In this document: positions 1 to 9,500 of the stretch, one piece after another
Position numbering within the stretch: the first letter of the stretch is position 1
Layout: every line of letters begins with the position of its first letter
Virus record (IMG/VR): IMGVR_UViG_3300045988_001646
Coordinates: 1-43,538 of that record
Reading direction: 5' to 3' (one strand)
Source: a virus
DNA: 43,538 nt
The notes under the pieces: generated by a model
The model's database searches: none
Told to the model about the DNA's origin: nothing
The model's input: the letters and a program-made list of their open reading frames with translations, nothing else
Made by a program: the position numbers and the translations under genes

Positions 1-51
1 CCATAATTCACACGCAGGAGGTCACTGGTTCGAGTCCAGCAGTCTCCACCA
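1..51 (+). ncRNA. ssrA: 3' end of a tmRNA (ssrA)-type or tRNA gene (partial; the 5' part lies left of the window)
   Basis: T-arm ACTGG/TTCGAGT/CCAGC, acceptor 3' strand AGTCTCC, discriminator A, encoded CCA at 49-51. A U sits at the position that would pair with G3 (Ala-type identity). No anticodon arm can be folded in the upstream 25 nt, which favours tmRNA. Confidence 0.6.
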
Positions 52-55
52 AAAA
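1..55 (+). repeat. attL core (direct repeat copy 1)
   Basis: Identical to 43484-43538 over all 55 nt visible in the window. Confidence 0.9.
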
Positions 56-57
56 AT

Positions 58-90
58 CCCTGTAACAACAACTGTTACAGGGATTTTCTT
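58..90. terminator. Bidirectional intrinsic terminator
   Basis: Stem CCCTGTAAC (58-66) / GTTACAGGG (74-82) with a 7-nt loop. An A6 run lies upstream and ATTTTCTT downstream. It can serve both the tmRNA-type gene (+) and the last prophage gene (-). Confidence 0.75.
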
Positions 91-131
91 ATTTCCTATA
101 AAACACGCTTGTTAGTAACGTGTTAGCAACG

Positions 132-551
132 TCAGCCCTTCTCCACCACGTGCATGCACTGCCGCAGCGCCTCTTTCACGTTGGGATCGTCGGTATCCTG
201 CATCATGCGCTCGATCACATCTTTGGCATGCCCATCGCGTGAATACACGTCATCGCGGCTATACCGGCCCATAGAGTCTCTCTTGCGCCGGTACGAGCTG
301 CCGCGCCCATACGTACCCCGGATGTTCGCATCCCAGTCGCCGCCGCGGGAATACCCATCCTCGCGGGAATACCCATCGTCACGGCTGTACCCGCCGCTCT
401 CAAACATGGCGATCTTATCAATGTTCTTGATAGAGGCCGTCAGTTTGTGGATCACGTCCAGCTCCCCGGTGCCCATCTCCTGCTTGCCGGCATACTCGGA
501 AAGCTCGTCACACAGCATCTCGCGGATGCCGAAAAGTTCCTTCATGTTCAT
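132..551 (-). CDS. Hypothetical protein with GYSR(D/E)D tandem motif
   Basis: 139 aa. GAGGAGGG RBS lies 5 nt before the ATG at 551. Sequence GGYSRDDGYSREDGYSRGGD plus a basic RRKRDSMGRYS stretch. No family recognised. Confidence 0.6.
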   Translation of the reverse strand: MNMKELFGIREMLCDELSEYAGKQEMGTGELDVIHKLTASIKNIDKIAMFESGGYSRDDGYSREDGYSRGGDWDANIRGTYGRGSSYRRKRDSMGRYSRDDVYSRDGHAKDVIERMMQDTDDPNVKEALRQCMHVVEKG

Positions 552-564
552 GTCGTCCCTCCTC

Positions 565-987
565 TCACGCAATTCTCTCAACGGTCAGATTGCTGTTGGC
601 AAAGCTGACCGCCTGCGTACTGGTGTTCTTCATGGCGACCGTCAGGCAGCAGCCCTTCGGCACGCACACCTGCGCGGAAACGTAGATATTGAAATAGTTT
701 TCCACGGCAGCAGGCGTCACCGTCGCTGTGGCGCTATTCAGCGCCTCGCCGTTGACGGCCAGCGCAGCGGTGATGGCTCCCACGGTTCCGCCGGTGGGAA
801 TGGCGATGTTGCCGCCGTAAGTGACTTTGTACAGCGCTCTGCACTGGTTCGTCAGTCCGCGCAGCGTCACCACCCCGGCACCCTCACGATGTACGATGCA
901 CGGCTTGCTGTTGACCGCGGTTTCCGTCAGAGGCACATTCTGGCCAGCGGGAACAATCGCAATTCCGGGATTTACGTATTCAGCCAT
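565..987 (-). CDS. Hypothetical beta-rich protein, possibly a C1q/TNF-like (BclA C-terminal type) fold
   Basis: 140 aa. GGAGGAG RBS before the ATG at 987. G/A/T/V-rich beta-strand pattern (YKVTYGGNIAIPTGGTVGAITAALAVNGEAL). The fold assignment is inference only. Confidence 0.55.
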   Translation of the reverse strand: MAEYVNPGIAIVPAGQNVPLTETAVNSKPCIVHREGAGVVTLRGLTNQCRALYKVTYGGNIAIPTGGTVGAITAALAVNGEALNSATATVTPAAVENYFNIYVSAQVCVPKGCCLTVAMKNTSTQAVSFANSNLTVERIA

Positions 988-1195
988 TTTTCTTCTCCTC
1001 CTTTTTCCAAGTAGTTGCCGCAAAGGGGGAAATGAAGCCGGATGCAAGTACATCTGTATAGCTTGGCTTAAAAAGATCGTTTGCCTTATGCAGCAGATCA
1101 GCATAGTTTGTGAGTTCAACCATGCTCATTTCGGACTTATCCATAGCGGCAAGATGGTCTACAAATTCTTGTTTCAGCTCGTCAATCGTTTTCAT
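980..1195 (-). CDS. Hypothetical protein
   Basis: 71 aa starting MKTIDELKQEF. Weak AAAGGA RBS. Overlaps the next gene by 8 nt. Confidence 0.5.
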   Translation of the reverse strand: MKTIDELKQEFVDHLAAMDKSEMSMVELTNYADLLHKANDLFKPSYTDVLASGFISPFAATTWKKEEKKNG

Positions 1196-1211
1196 GAGTT
1201 CAGTCCTTTCT

Positions 1212-1244
1212 AAAAATACAGCGGCGGAGCTATTGCCCCGCCGC
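1212..1244 (-). terminator. Intrinsic terminator after the 226-aa gene
   Basis: On the minus strand: GCGGCGGGG-CAATAG-CTCCGCCGC (9 bp, one G-U) followed by TGTATTTTTAG. Confidence 0.6.
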
Positions 1245-1311
1245 GTTGGTGTCAGTATCAGCACGGGGCTGAACAGTTCGGAAATTCCGAACAGCTAATG
1301 CTATGCAGTTG

Positions 1312-1992
1312 TCAGCAGCCGCAGCAACCGGTATAACTGCCGCTTGCCCACGGGTTGCAAGACGGGTAACTGGGAATGGGTGTGGGCCGCAGCTGGGAGA
1401 TCAGGTAGTTGTTCTGCGCGGCCTGAGATGCCTGCAGGCGCAGTTCCTGATTGGCGCTCTGAAGATCCTGCAGCTTGCTCTGCGTCAGGAAGTCCAAAAT
1501 CGCACGGGAATTGGCGTTCGCGTTCTCCACGATATCCCGGGCCGCCGTCTGCACGGTGTTGCGGGTGTCGCAGGCCTGCGTCGCCATGTCGTACCGCACC
1601 TGGGCGATAGCCGCCCTGTTCTCGCAGCAGCACTCCTGAGACTGCATCTGCATGGCGTTGAGCTGCTGCATCAGCGCCGCCTGCTGGTTTGCGCGGGACA
1701 GCTCTGCCGTAGCAAAGCCTCCATTGATAGCGTTGTTCAGGGCAAACGTGGAGTCGCAGATGCCGTTATTCACCGCGTCCAGTTTGCGCTCAACGGTGGC
1801 GAAGTCAGAGGTCAGCACATAACCGTCCATCGCACTGCCGTTGTTGTTGCCGTAGCCGTTACGGCCCCAGCCGAACAGCAGGATGATAAACAGGATGACC
1901 CACCATCCGTTTTCGCCGCCAAAGCCGCCGCCCATCATGCCGGTAGGGGCCACAGGCATGGTCATGGTGGGGCCGCCGTCAGTAATTGCCAT
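1312..1992 (-). CDS. Membrane-anchored coiled-coil protein with Cys-rich C-terminus
   Basis: 226 aa. AAAGGAG RBS lies 8 nt before the ATG at 1992. One TM segment (WWVILFIILLFGW), a Q/N/A-rich helical region, a CCC motif and C-terminal GCCGC. Confidence 0.65.
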   Translation of the reverse strand: MAITDGGPTMTMPVAPTGMMGGGFGGENGWWVILFIILLFGWGRNGYGNNNGSAMDGYVLTSDFATVERKLDAVNNGICDSTFALNNAINGGFATAELSRANQQAALMQQLNAMQMQSQECCCENRAAIAQVRYDMATQACDTRNTVQTAARDIVENANANSRAILDFLTQSKLQDLQSANQELRLQASQAAQNNYLISQLRPTPIPSYPSCNPWASGSYTGCCGC

Positions 1993-2049
1993 TGTCGTCA
2001 CTCCTTTCGGATAAAGATGTATTTCATCAAATCGTGGCCACGATATTGA

Positions 2050-2259
2050 TCACAAAAGGTTTTGAAACTGCCGCGCCATCGCCTGTGCCTGGTTCAGCTG
2101 CTCCTGCGTCAGCGCGCCGCTTTGCAGCATTTTCTCTACCTCTGCTTTCGGGTCGCCCTGAAAGCTTGTTTTGAACTGCTGAAACTTCTGCACCAGCTGT
2201 CCAAAATTCCCCAGCGGGTTCACGTTCCCGCCCATCGCCTGATAAAACGGATTACTCAT
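2050..2259 (-). CDS. Hypothetical small Q-rich protein
   Basis: 69-aa ORF. Its start overlaps the stop of the upstream gene. Confidence 0.55.
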   Translation of the reverse strand: MSNPFYQAMGGNVNPLGNFGQLVQKFQQFKTSFQGDPKAEVEKMLQSGALTQEQLNQAQAMARQFQNLL

Positions 2260-2674
2260 CGTCCTCTTCCTCCTCTACCTTGCGCTTCTTCTTGGCCTTC
2301 ATTTCGGCCACAATGGCCGCCAGCTTGTCCAGCTCCGCCCGGGTCACATATTCCGCCCCGGGGTCCTTTTTTGCTTCAGGCGCGTTTGCAAGCCGCTCTA
2401 CAAGGTCGTATACCTTCAGTGTCGGCTTGCCGCTGGCGTCGGCCTGCTTCAGGTACACCGTGGGCGCCGTGCTGTCCCAAAGGGCCACCGCCGCGTTGGG
2501 TGCCACCATCCAGCTCCTGGCTTCCTGTTCGCCCGATACCCACTGCACGCCGCTCTGCGGTATAGGGTTCTGCATCTGCGGCATCTGCTGGGGCATCATC
2601 TGCTGCTGCCTGAGCTGGCCGAGGTTGTCCGGCATAGGCGGCATATAGGGGTTTCCGTAATAGGGATAGTTCAT
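2252..2674 (-). CDS. Hypothetical protein (P/Q/M-rich N-terminus, acidic/basic tail)
   Basis: 140-aa ORF. ATGA-type overlap with the upstream gene at 2671-2674. Confidence 0.6.
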   Translation of the reverse strand: MNYPYYGNPYMPPMPDNLGQLRQQQMMPQQMPQMQNPIPQSGVQWVSGEQEARSWMVAPNAAVALWDSTAPTVYLKQADASGKPTLKVYDLVERLANAPEAKKDPGAEYVTRAELDKLAAIVAEMKAKKKRKVEEEEDDE

Positions 2675-3054
2675 TCCTCATCCGTCCTTTCCCAAAAATA
2701 CAAAGGTGTTTCGGCCCCGGAGTCCCACGTGTCATGCCAGTCTCCATCTATCACGCACACCACGTGGGACGCCAGCGCCAGAAGATATGTACCACGCGGG
2801 TGCTCCCTTGCGAAGTCACCCACGGAATAGCTGTCCGGGTAATCCTCCGGGATAATATGCCGCCTAAATCCCAGTTTTTTCAGATACGCGCCCCATACAT
2901 TGTTGGCACTGGGCATATCCGCCAAAGCCAGCCCCTGCATACAAAGCTGCACATACGTCTCATGCCATCCCTGCCCAGTGGCCTTGCAGATGGCCCTAAC
3001 CGGGCAATCCCCCACGTTTTTGCCCGCGGGGTTTGGGTTATAGCGCACGAACAT
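2671..3054 (-). CDS. Hypothetical protein with a Cys...His...Asp pattern (possible papain-like hydrolase fold)
   Basis: 127 aa from the ATG at 3054 (AGAGAGGTG RBS). Motifs VGDCPVRAI, SHVVCVIDG and HDTWDSG resemble a catalytic Cys/His/Asp arrangement. This is inference only. Confidence 0.6.
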   Translation of the reverse strand: MFVRYNPNPAGKNVGDCPVRAICKATGQGWHETYVQLCMQGLALADMPSANNVWGAYLKKLGFRRHIIPEDYPDSYSVGDFAREHPRGTYLLALASHVVCVIDGDWHDTWDSGAETPLYFWERTDEE

Positions 3055-3154
3055 CACGACCACCTCTCTTTACTGTAAGCATACAGGGATATGCCCATTT
3101 CAAAGTGGCGATAAAGTGGCTGATAAGTGCGCGTTAAAAATCAGTGCGTCTCTA

Positions 3155-3183
3155 TTGCGTTTTTATTTATTTCGCCGTATAAT
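3155..3183 (+). promoter_or_regulatory. Sigma-70-type promoter on the plus strand
   Basis: TTGCGT (3155-3160), a 17-nt spacer, then TATAAT (3178-3183). Confidence 0.55.
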
Positions 3184-3189
3184 CAGGCT

Positions 3190-3265
3190 ATCCCCCCCAA
3201 CACACGCCGCCGTCCCCCTTTCGGCGGCAAATAAAAAGCCACACCTTTTCAGGTGTGGCTTTTTT
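3190..3265 (+). ncRNA. Candidate small RNA (about 75 nt) with C-rich motifs
   Basis: Lies downstream of the TTGCGT-17-TATAAT promoter. C-rich 5' tail (TCCCCCCC). Hairpin GCCGCCG/CGGCGGC with a TCCCCCTTT loop. Terminator hairpin GCCACACC/GGTGTGGC followed by T6. No plausible plus-strand ORF. Confidence 0.4.
3238..3265. terminator. Bidirectional intrinsic terminator
   Basis: GCCACACC-TTTTCA-GGTGTGGC flanked by AAATAAAAA and TTTTTT. The stop codon of the 83-aa gene lies in the loop. Confidence 0.7.
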
Positions 3266-3500
3266 CTGCGTTCAGCCCGTCTGCAATTTTTCGGTATGCC
3301 CTTCGCCGGCATCGTTTTACCACGTCCACAGACACGTTCATGCAAAATGCCTGCTCCACGCAGCTGCGACGCCGCACATCGCACTCCGCGATGCACTGGG
3401 CTTCCTCTTGTGGTAACTCAAAAGATTGGATCCATGCGATAGCCCTCTTGGGTGCCATGCCCTTCAGCATGGCGCGGATTTCCCTGTGCTGCTGGTTCAT
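3249..3500 (-). CDS. Small sigma-70 region-4-like HTH protein
   Basis: 83 aa. C-terminal half (SCVEQAFCMNVSVDVVKRCRRRAYRKIADGL) resembles the region-4 HTH of ECF-type sigma factors. Weak RBS. Confidence 0.55.
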   Translation of the reverse strand: MNQQHREIRAMLKGMAPKRAIAWIQSFELPQEEAQCIAECDVRRRSCVEQAFCMNVSVDVVKRCRRRAYRKIADGLNAEKSHT

Positions 3501-3587
3501 CCTGCTTACGCAGGCCTGCGGACCGCCTTGCGGCGGGATGGTGCCATAGGATGGTTGCGCCTATCGCCCGTTGCTCCTTTCTTTGTT

Positions 3588-6500
3588 TTACGGTGCCATC
3601 CACCGGTTTCTAAGTTCTTTCACGGAGTTTACGCCCTGCTCCTGCTTCATAATTGCCTCCACGCCCTGCCGCACGTCCGCCTCCTCATAGCCGTGCGCCA
3701 GCATCTCCCTGTAGATCAGACGCGCCGTTTCGGTGTCCCTTTCTTTCTGCGCCCGGTACAGCAGCTCGCACCACCGTTTCTTGTTTCCAGCGCTCTTATC
3801 CATGCGGTAGATGGCCTTTTCCATCTCAAACATCAGCCGCACATTCCCGGTTTCGCTGGCAATAGTCCGAGCCAAAGACCACACATCACGGCCTGCATTT
3901 GCTACGCTGATGCCGAATACTTTACTAACAGAAGCAATCACCTGTTTCGCGCTGTACGCCATCGTCTTTTGGCCCTCGCCGTTAGCGCTGGCGATCATGG
4001 CTCTGGTCGCTTTTATGATGTCATCAATTACGCTGGCATCCATGCGGTCCACGGTGTAGCCCTGTAGTAACGAGATAATGTCTTTCCCAAAAGGAACACG
4101 CCCTAACAGTGTAATATTCCCTTTTAGGTTTCCTTCCAACGCTATGTTCGTGGTAAGTTCCCAACCATCTTTCTCATCACCGGTCACACCAGTAAAGGCT
4201 TCCAGAACGCGCTCTAAGTATTTTTTCTTCTTGTCGTCGTCCCGCAGGCCGTCCACGATGGACTGTGCCAGCGCGTTCACCACGTCCGTCACCAGCAGGG
4301 CGCCTACGGCCCGCTTCAGCTGCTTCAGCGCCTTGCTACGCTTCTGCGGGTTCGTTTCATACACCCATGCGTCGTAGGAACGCATCAGGATATTCAGGCT
4401 TTTCAGCGGCTCACCCATGAAGGACGTGGCCTGCCTAAATAGCATATCTCCATCCCGCATGATCTGCGTCCGCTGCATAATGCCGTCCACCACCTGCGTC
4501 TGGTCGATCACGTCCGTAAACACCTCCGCCACCTGCTGATAGTAAGCATCGCTGCCAACCTCCAGGCTTGTGTTTGCCGCCACCTGCCATTCGCAAGCGT
4601 TCCAGATCTTGCCCCACGTCATCGCATCGGCCTTCCCGGCCAGTGACATACTCTTGTCGCTCAGCCACGTCATAAAGCTGCCGTCCGTGCCGTATACCTC
4701 CCGTGCAATGGTGTACCGGCTGCCCTGGTCAAAGCCGGACGTGTCCTTGATGCCCGCAATGGGCGCCCACTTTCGTGCCTTGTCCCATCCGTTGCCTTTG
4801 GTCACGCCGTTGCCCAGGCCCTTCACCATGTTTTCCGGGTCCAGCACCACTGCCGCCCGGAAGTACGCCGTGGGCTGCTGGATGACCACGCGCCAATTCG
4901 CGCCAACAGCCGCACCCTTGTAACTCCCAACATACTTTTCAACCACTCTTGCAGTGGCCAATCCGCTTTTTTTCTGGCCGTTCTGCACGTCCCGCATCAG
5001 GTTCTGCCAATACTTCTGCGCCGCGTCGCCGTACACACTTGACAGCACCTGCCGCACGTTCTTCCCGGTCAGATTGCCCATGCTGTCCCGGTACCGGTAG
5101 TTGTACAGCCGGTTAATGTCCTCCATCGGGGCCAGCAGCGTGGCGTACTTGATCATGTCGCTGGCGTTCTGCGCAAACACGTCGTACACGCCGCCGATGT
5201 CCAGCGCGTTGCTGGCGTTGGGCGTCAGGGCCTTTGCGCTGCCCATATTCTTGATCTCTCTGGCGATGTCCGGTCCCTTCTCCACGCTGGATGCCGTGGC
5301 CTCCTTCGCCGTCTTGATGGGCCAGTAATGCGTTTCCATGAACTTGCGGTAGCCGTACACCGCCATGCTGGCCTCGTTGCCCCACTCCGCCAGTTTCGTG
5401 CTGGCCAGCTTCTGCAACCCGTCTGCCACCTTGATCTGCTCCGGTGTCAGCACAGAGGTGATGGCCTTGACGTCCTCCAGCGTCAGCAGAATGTTCTCCG
5501 TCCCGCGGGGGATGGCTTTCAGCTTGCCGTCCCGCTTGATCTCCGGCTGCACGATGCCGCCCACCATCAGGTGGTTCATGGCCTGCTCACCGCGCTTTGC
5601 CAGGTTGTACATGTTCATAATCTGCTCGTTGGTCAGCGTCAGCTCCACGCCACGGCTTGTGGTGAACGTGTGCCGTTCAAAGCGGTTTTTGTACACGTCC
5701 GCATCCAGGAACTTTTTAGCCGCGTCCCGCAGCTCCGTCAGCATCACGTGCTCCCGGTCCTGCGCGTTCCGCAGCGTCCGGTATACCTGCATGCCGCCGT
5801 CGCCGTAGGCGGAGAAGAACGTATACGGGTCCGCCATATCCAGCGAGATCTTCCGGTTCCGCCGCTTCCGGCTCATGCTGCCCATCATAAGGCTGTCCGC
5901 CCACTCGCTGGTCCGTGCGTACTTCTGGTTCGCCAGCGTCCGGTCGTAGCTGGTCAGCGTGGCCTCGATGGCCCGCACCGCGTTCCATACGGTCTCCAAC
6001 TCCGTTACGTTCATGTCGGCAATGCGTTTGTCTCCCAGTTTGGAAAGAGATGCCAACAGCCCGCCGCCCTCCGTCAATGCAGGGTCAACGACCATATCAT
6101 CATCGCGGTCGATTATGTCCTCGTACAGACGTCTTAATTTTCCCGCCTGCATTGTCCGCTTCGTCGGGTCGCCGTCGGCGTTTTTCCGCAGCCGCCCGTT
6201 CTCGTCGTAGCTGTATGCGCTCTCCAGGTTGATGTTCCGCAGCAGATCGGCCACCACCACGCGCAGCTCCTCCGGGATGTGCTTTTTGTCCGTGGGGTGC
6301 AGCAGCTTTTCGGACAAAGGCCCCGTGTGTCTGGCGATCTTGGCACGCATCTCCGCGGCGTACCGCTTCTCCCGGCCCTTCTGTGTCTTTTCGCTGTACT
6401 CTCGGCGCATCCGCTTCACCATGTCCCGGCGCTTTTCCCGCTCCTTTGTCAGCATTTCACGCACCCGGCCCACGGCCTCCTGCTTCTCCAGCTCCCGCCG

Positions 6501-9500
6501 GTCGGCAAAGGTCTTCTTCTGCCGCACCTGGTCAGAGATCATGCCGTCAATGATGTCGTTGGCGATCTCCTGAATGGCTGCGTCACGGTAGCTGTCAAAG
6601 GGGTTTTCATAGATGCTGTCCATGCTGTCCAGCACATCCGCGATCTGCTGCAGCTTGTCCGCCTCGGTATACACGTCGCTGGGGAAATAGCCCTCGCCGA
6701 ACATCTCCGTCATTTCCTCGTACATGGTGTCCACCGGCAAGCCCTCCGACTTGTTCAGCTTCAGCGTTCCCATGTACCGCTTGCGGAACTCGTTGTAGTG
6801 GTCCATCTCCCCGTTGAAAAGGATCTTCTGCCGCTTCAGGTAGTCTTTGATCTCCAGCAGCTCCGCGCCGTGCTCCGTCAGCTCCGTCGTGTTGTCCACG
6901 ATGGCCGTCGCCGCATTTCTGGCGTAGGGCATCAGGTCGGCCATGCTCACGTCTTTCTTCATCACAGCCTTGCCCAGCGCCTCCATGTCGGCCTGAATGT
7001 CGCCGTATTCCACGTCGCTGCCGTACTTGCGTATGGCCTCGCGCCCCAGCTTTTTCACGTCCCGCAGCACTACGGACGGCTCCTTGCTGATGCGCATTTC
7101 GCCCTTCAGCTCCTGCACCCGCTGCTCCAATGCGCGGTTGCGGCTGGCCAGTACCGTGCGCTCCCGTTTCAGGTCCCGCACCTCCTGTTCAATGTCCGCC
7201 GTACTCCGCAGCTGAAATCTGGCTCCCTCTACGCTGTTCACGGCATCCAGTCTGGCTTTTTCATCTCCGCTGGCATATTCGATCATCAGCACACCGGCGT
7301 TTTCCAGTGCTGCCTTTACCTCTGCGCTGGCGTCGTTAGGGATGACCGCCGCCAACACTTCATCAAAACCTACGGCTCTCTGCGGCTTTGCCTCGAAATA
7401 CCCGGTCGGCATATTGGAAATGTCTTCATACAGCTGCAGCACCTTTTCCGCCGTATCCGGTTTGATTTGCAGCGTGGGGTATGTCCGCAGCTCTTTATCA
7501 ATTCCCGCCACAGTCCGTTTTGTACGCATCGTCTCTACAATAGCCGACGCCGCATCGTCCGATGCGATAAACTCATTTCTTGCCGCAGGATCCTTGATCT
7601 CGTTGGTCAACTCCGCAAGGCGTTCAGAATACTTCTGCCGGATAGCGCTGTATTCTTCCTCGGTCATTTTCTGAAGCCGCCCGGAGTCGGCCTTGATCTC
7701 GTCAATAGAGCCGTAATCCTTTGACGCAACACCCCAAATCGCCTGGCCACCAAAGAATGTGTTGGCACCCTTCTGATCGCCTTGCTTCATCGCCTTAACA
7801 ATGTTTTCCAGCGTGATATCATAGTGCGTTGCCGAAAAACTCCTGCGATTGCCGGAAGATGTATAGTAGTCCTTACCGTTGTAAATGCCCTCGTTTTTTA
7901 CAACACCGTCAAACAGATTATCCAGCCATTGCTCGTACTCCTTCTGATTTACCTTGTCGCGGATAGCTTTGTTGGTAGCGTCCCTGTCCACTTCTTCCGT
8001 CACAGTTTCCGTGTTACCGGCCAGATATTTCCGCGTATCCAACATATACCGCATCTTTGCCTCAAAGGTTTCTGCGTTTACCACATCGGCCGCATCCTTT
8101 GCAGGCAGCCCCAGCTTTTCGTAGTATTTTTGCAGTGCGGCGTTCAGCGCTTCGCCGTGTTCCTTGTACCACAGTTTTCTTGCCGCAATAGGCGACTCGC
8201 CGCCCTTTGCGCGAAAATCGTTTACAGTGCTCTCCCCCAATTCGCGGATCAGGAACGATGCCATTTCCTGCTGGTTGTCGCCCATGCGTGTGACTTCGCG
8301 CTTCATTACGTTTTCTACCGCACCCCGCCCGGTATCTTCCAGATAAATGTTCATCACGCGCGGGTCGTCGCGCATAGCTCCGACAACTTTATCTACGCCG
8401 CCCTTCCGGTTCAGCTCGTCCTCCAGCGTGTTTGCCGCAGAATATAAGGGGTCTGCAAAGCTCCTGCCTTTCGACCGCTCCATACGGTAAAACAGGTCGT
8501 GGATTTTCTTGGCGAATTTCTCATTTACCTCATATTCAATTCGCGGGGCAGTAGGTGTCCATGCGTCGTAACCGTACACCTTGTTGCTGCGGAACAGCTG
8601 CGGGTCGATGGTATCCTTGCTGAACACAAACGAAATGTCGCCGTACTCGCCGTGGCCTTCGTCTGCCTTTACGATGGCAATACTCGGCATAGGAAGCCCG
8701 CCAAGCTTTGCGGCATCCAGCAGGTTCTTCTCTGTCAGGTTATGCAGCGCCAGCAGGTTTTTTGTTTCCTCCACAGGCGCTTTCAGCGAAAATTGCGGCT
8801 TGACATTCTCGCCATCGGCGGGTATACTGTTCTTAGACGTAGAAGCCGTGGGCTGTGTGAGCGCGTCCGTACTGGATGTGGCCGCAGTCGGTCCGGTTTC
8901 TGCGTTTGTTTTTTCCGCAAATGTAAACGCAGAACCATCCGGCATAACAATGCGGTGCATATCGTAATGGTTTTTGCTGGTCTCTCTTACTACGACCGCC
9001 ATATTCCCCCGCACCCCGTTTATAACAACAGGCGCTGCGAAAGTAACTGTGCTATATCCACGCCCCTTATGGTCAGCCTCGCGGTAAATTTCTTTTCCGC
9101 GCTTGAGCACATAAGGTAGGGCCGCAAACGCCGCGATTTCTCCGTCGCTCTGCAGATAATTAAGCGCGCTGTTTACATCTTTGCGGCTTACTTCAATTTC
9201 TCCATATCCCTGCCTGTCTACGCGGTTTCCGTATTTCAGCGCTTCCTTTTCCGCCCACGCCCGTTTCTGCTTAATATTCATTTCACTGAAAATTTCAGAA
9301 ACGTTCTTTTGCACTACCGGCTCCGTATCATTCAGCGTTTTACTGGCGTTGGCGATCTGCTGTTTGATGCTGACAACTGTTTTATCGGAAGTGTTTTTCA
9401 GGCTGTATTTTACACCGTCGCCCTCACCGGCGGCGGTTTTTGCTTTCTCCGCCTGCCGCTCCGCCGCGTCAAAGGCCGCCTGCCACTTCTGCGCAATGTC

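Noticed and set aside
1-55. Reading the att repeat as the 3' half of an ordinary tRNA (loops TTCACAC = Val-CAC or ATTCACA = UCA)
   Set aside because: Neither candidate loop is flanked by complementary 5-bp stems, and position 37 would be a pyrimidine in the UCA reading. A tmRNA-type 3' end fits better. This remains unproven without the upstream sequence.
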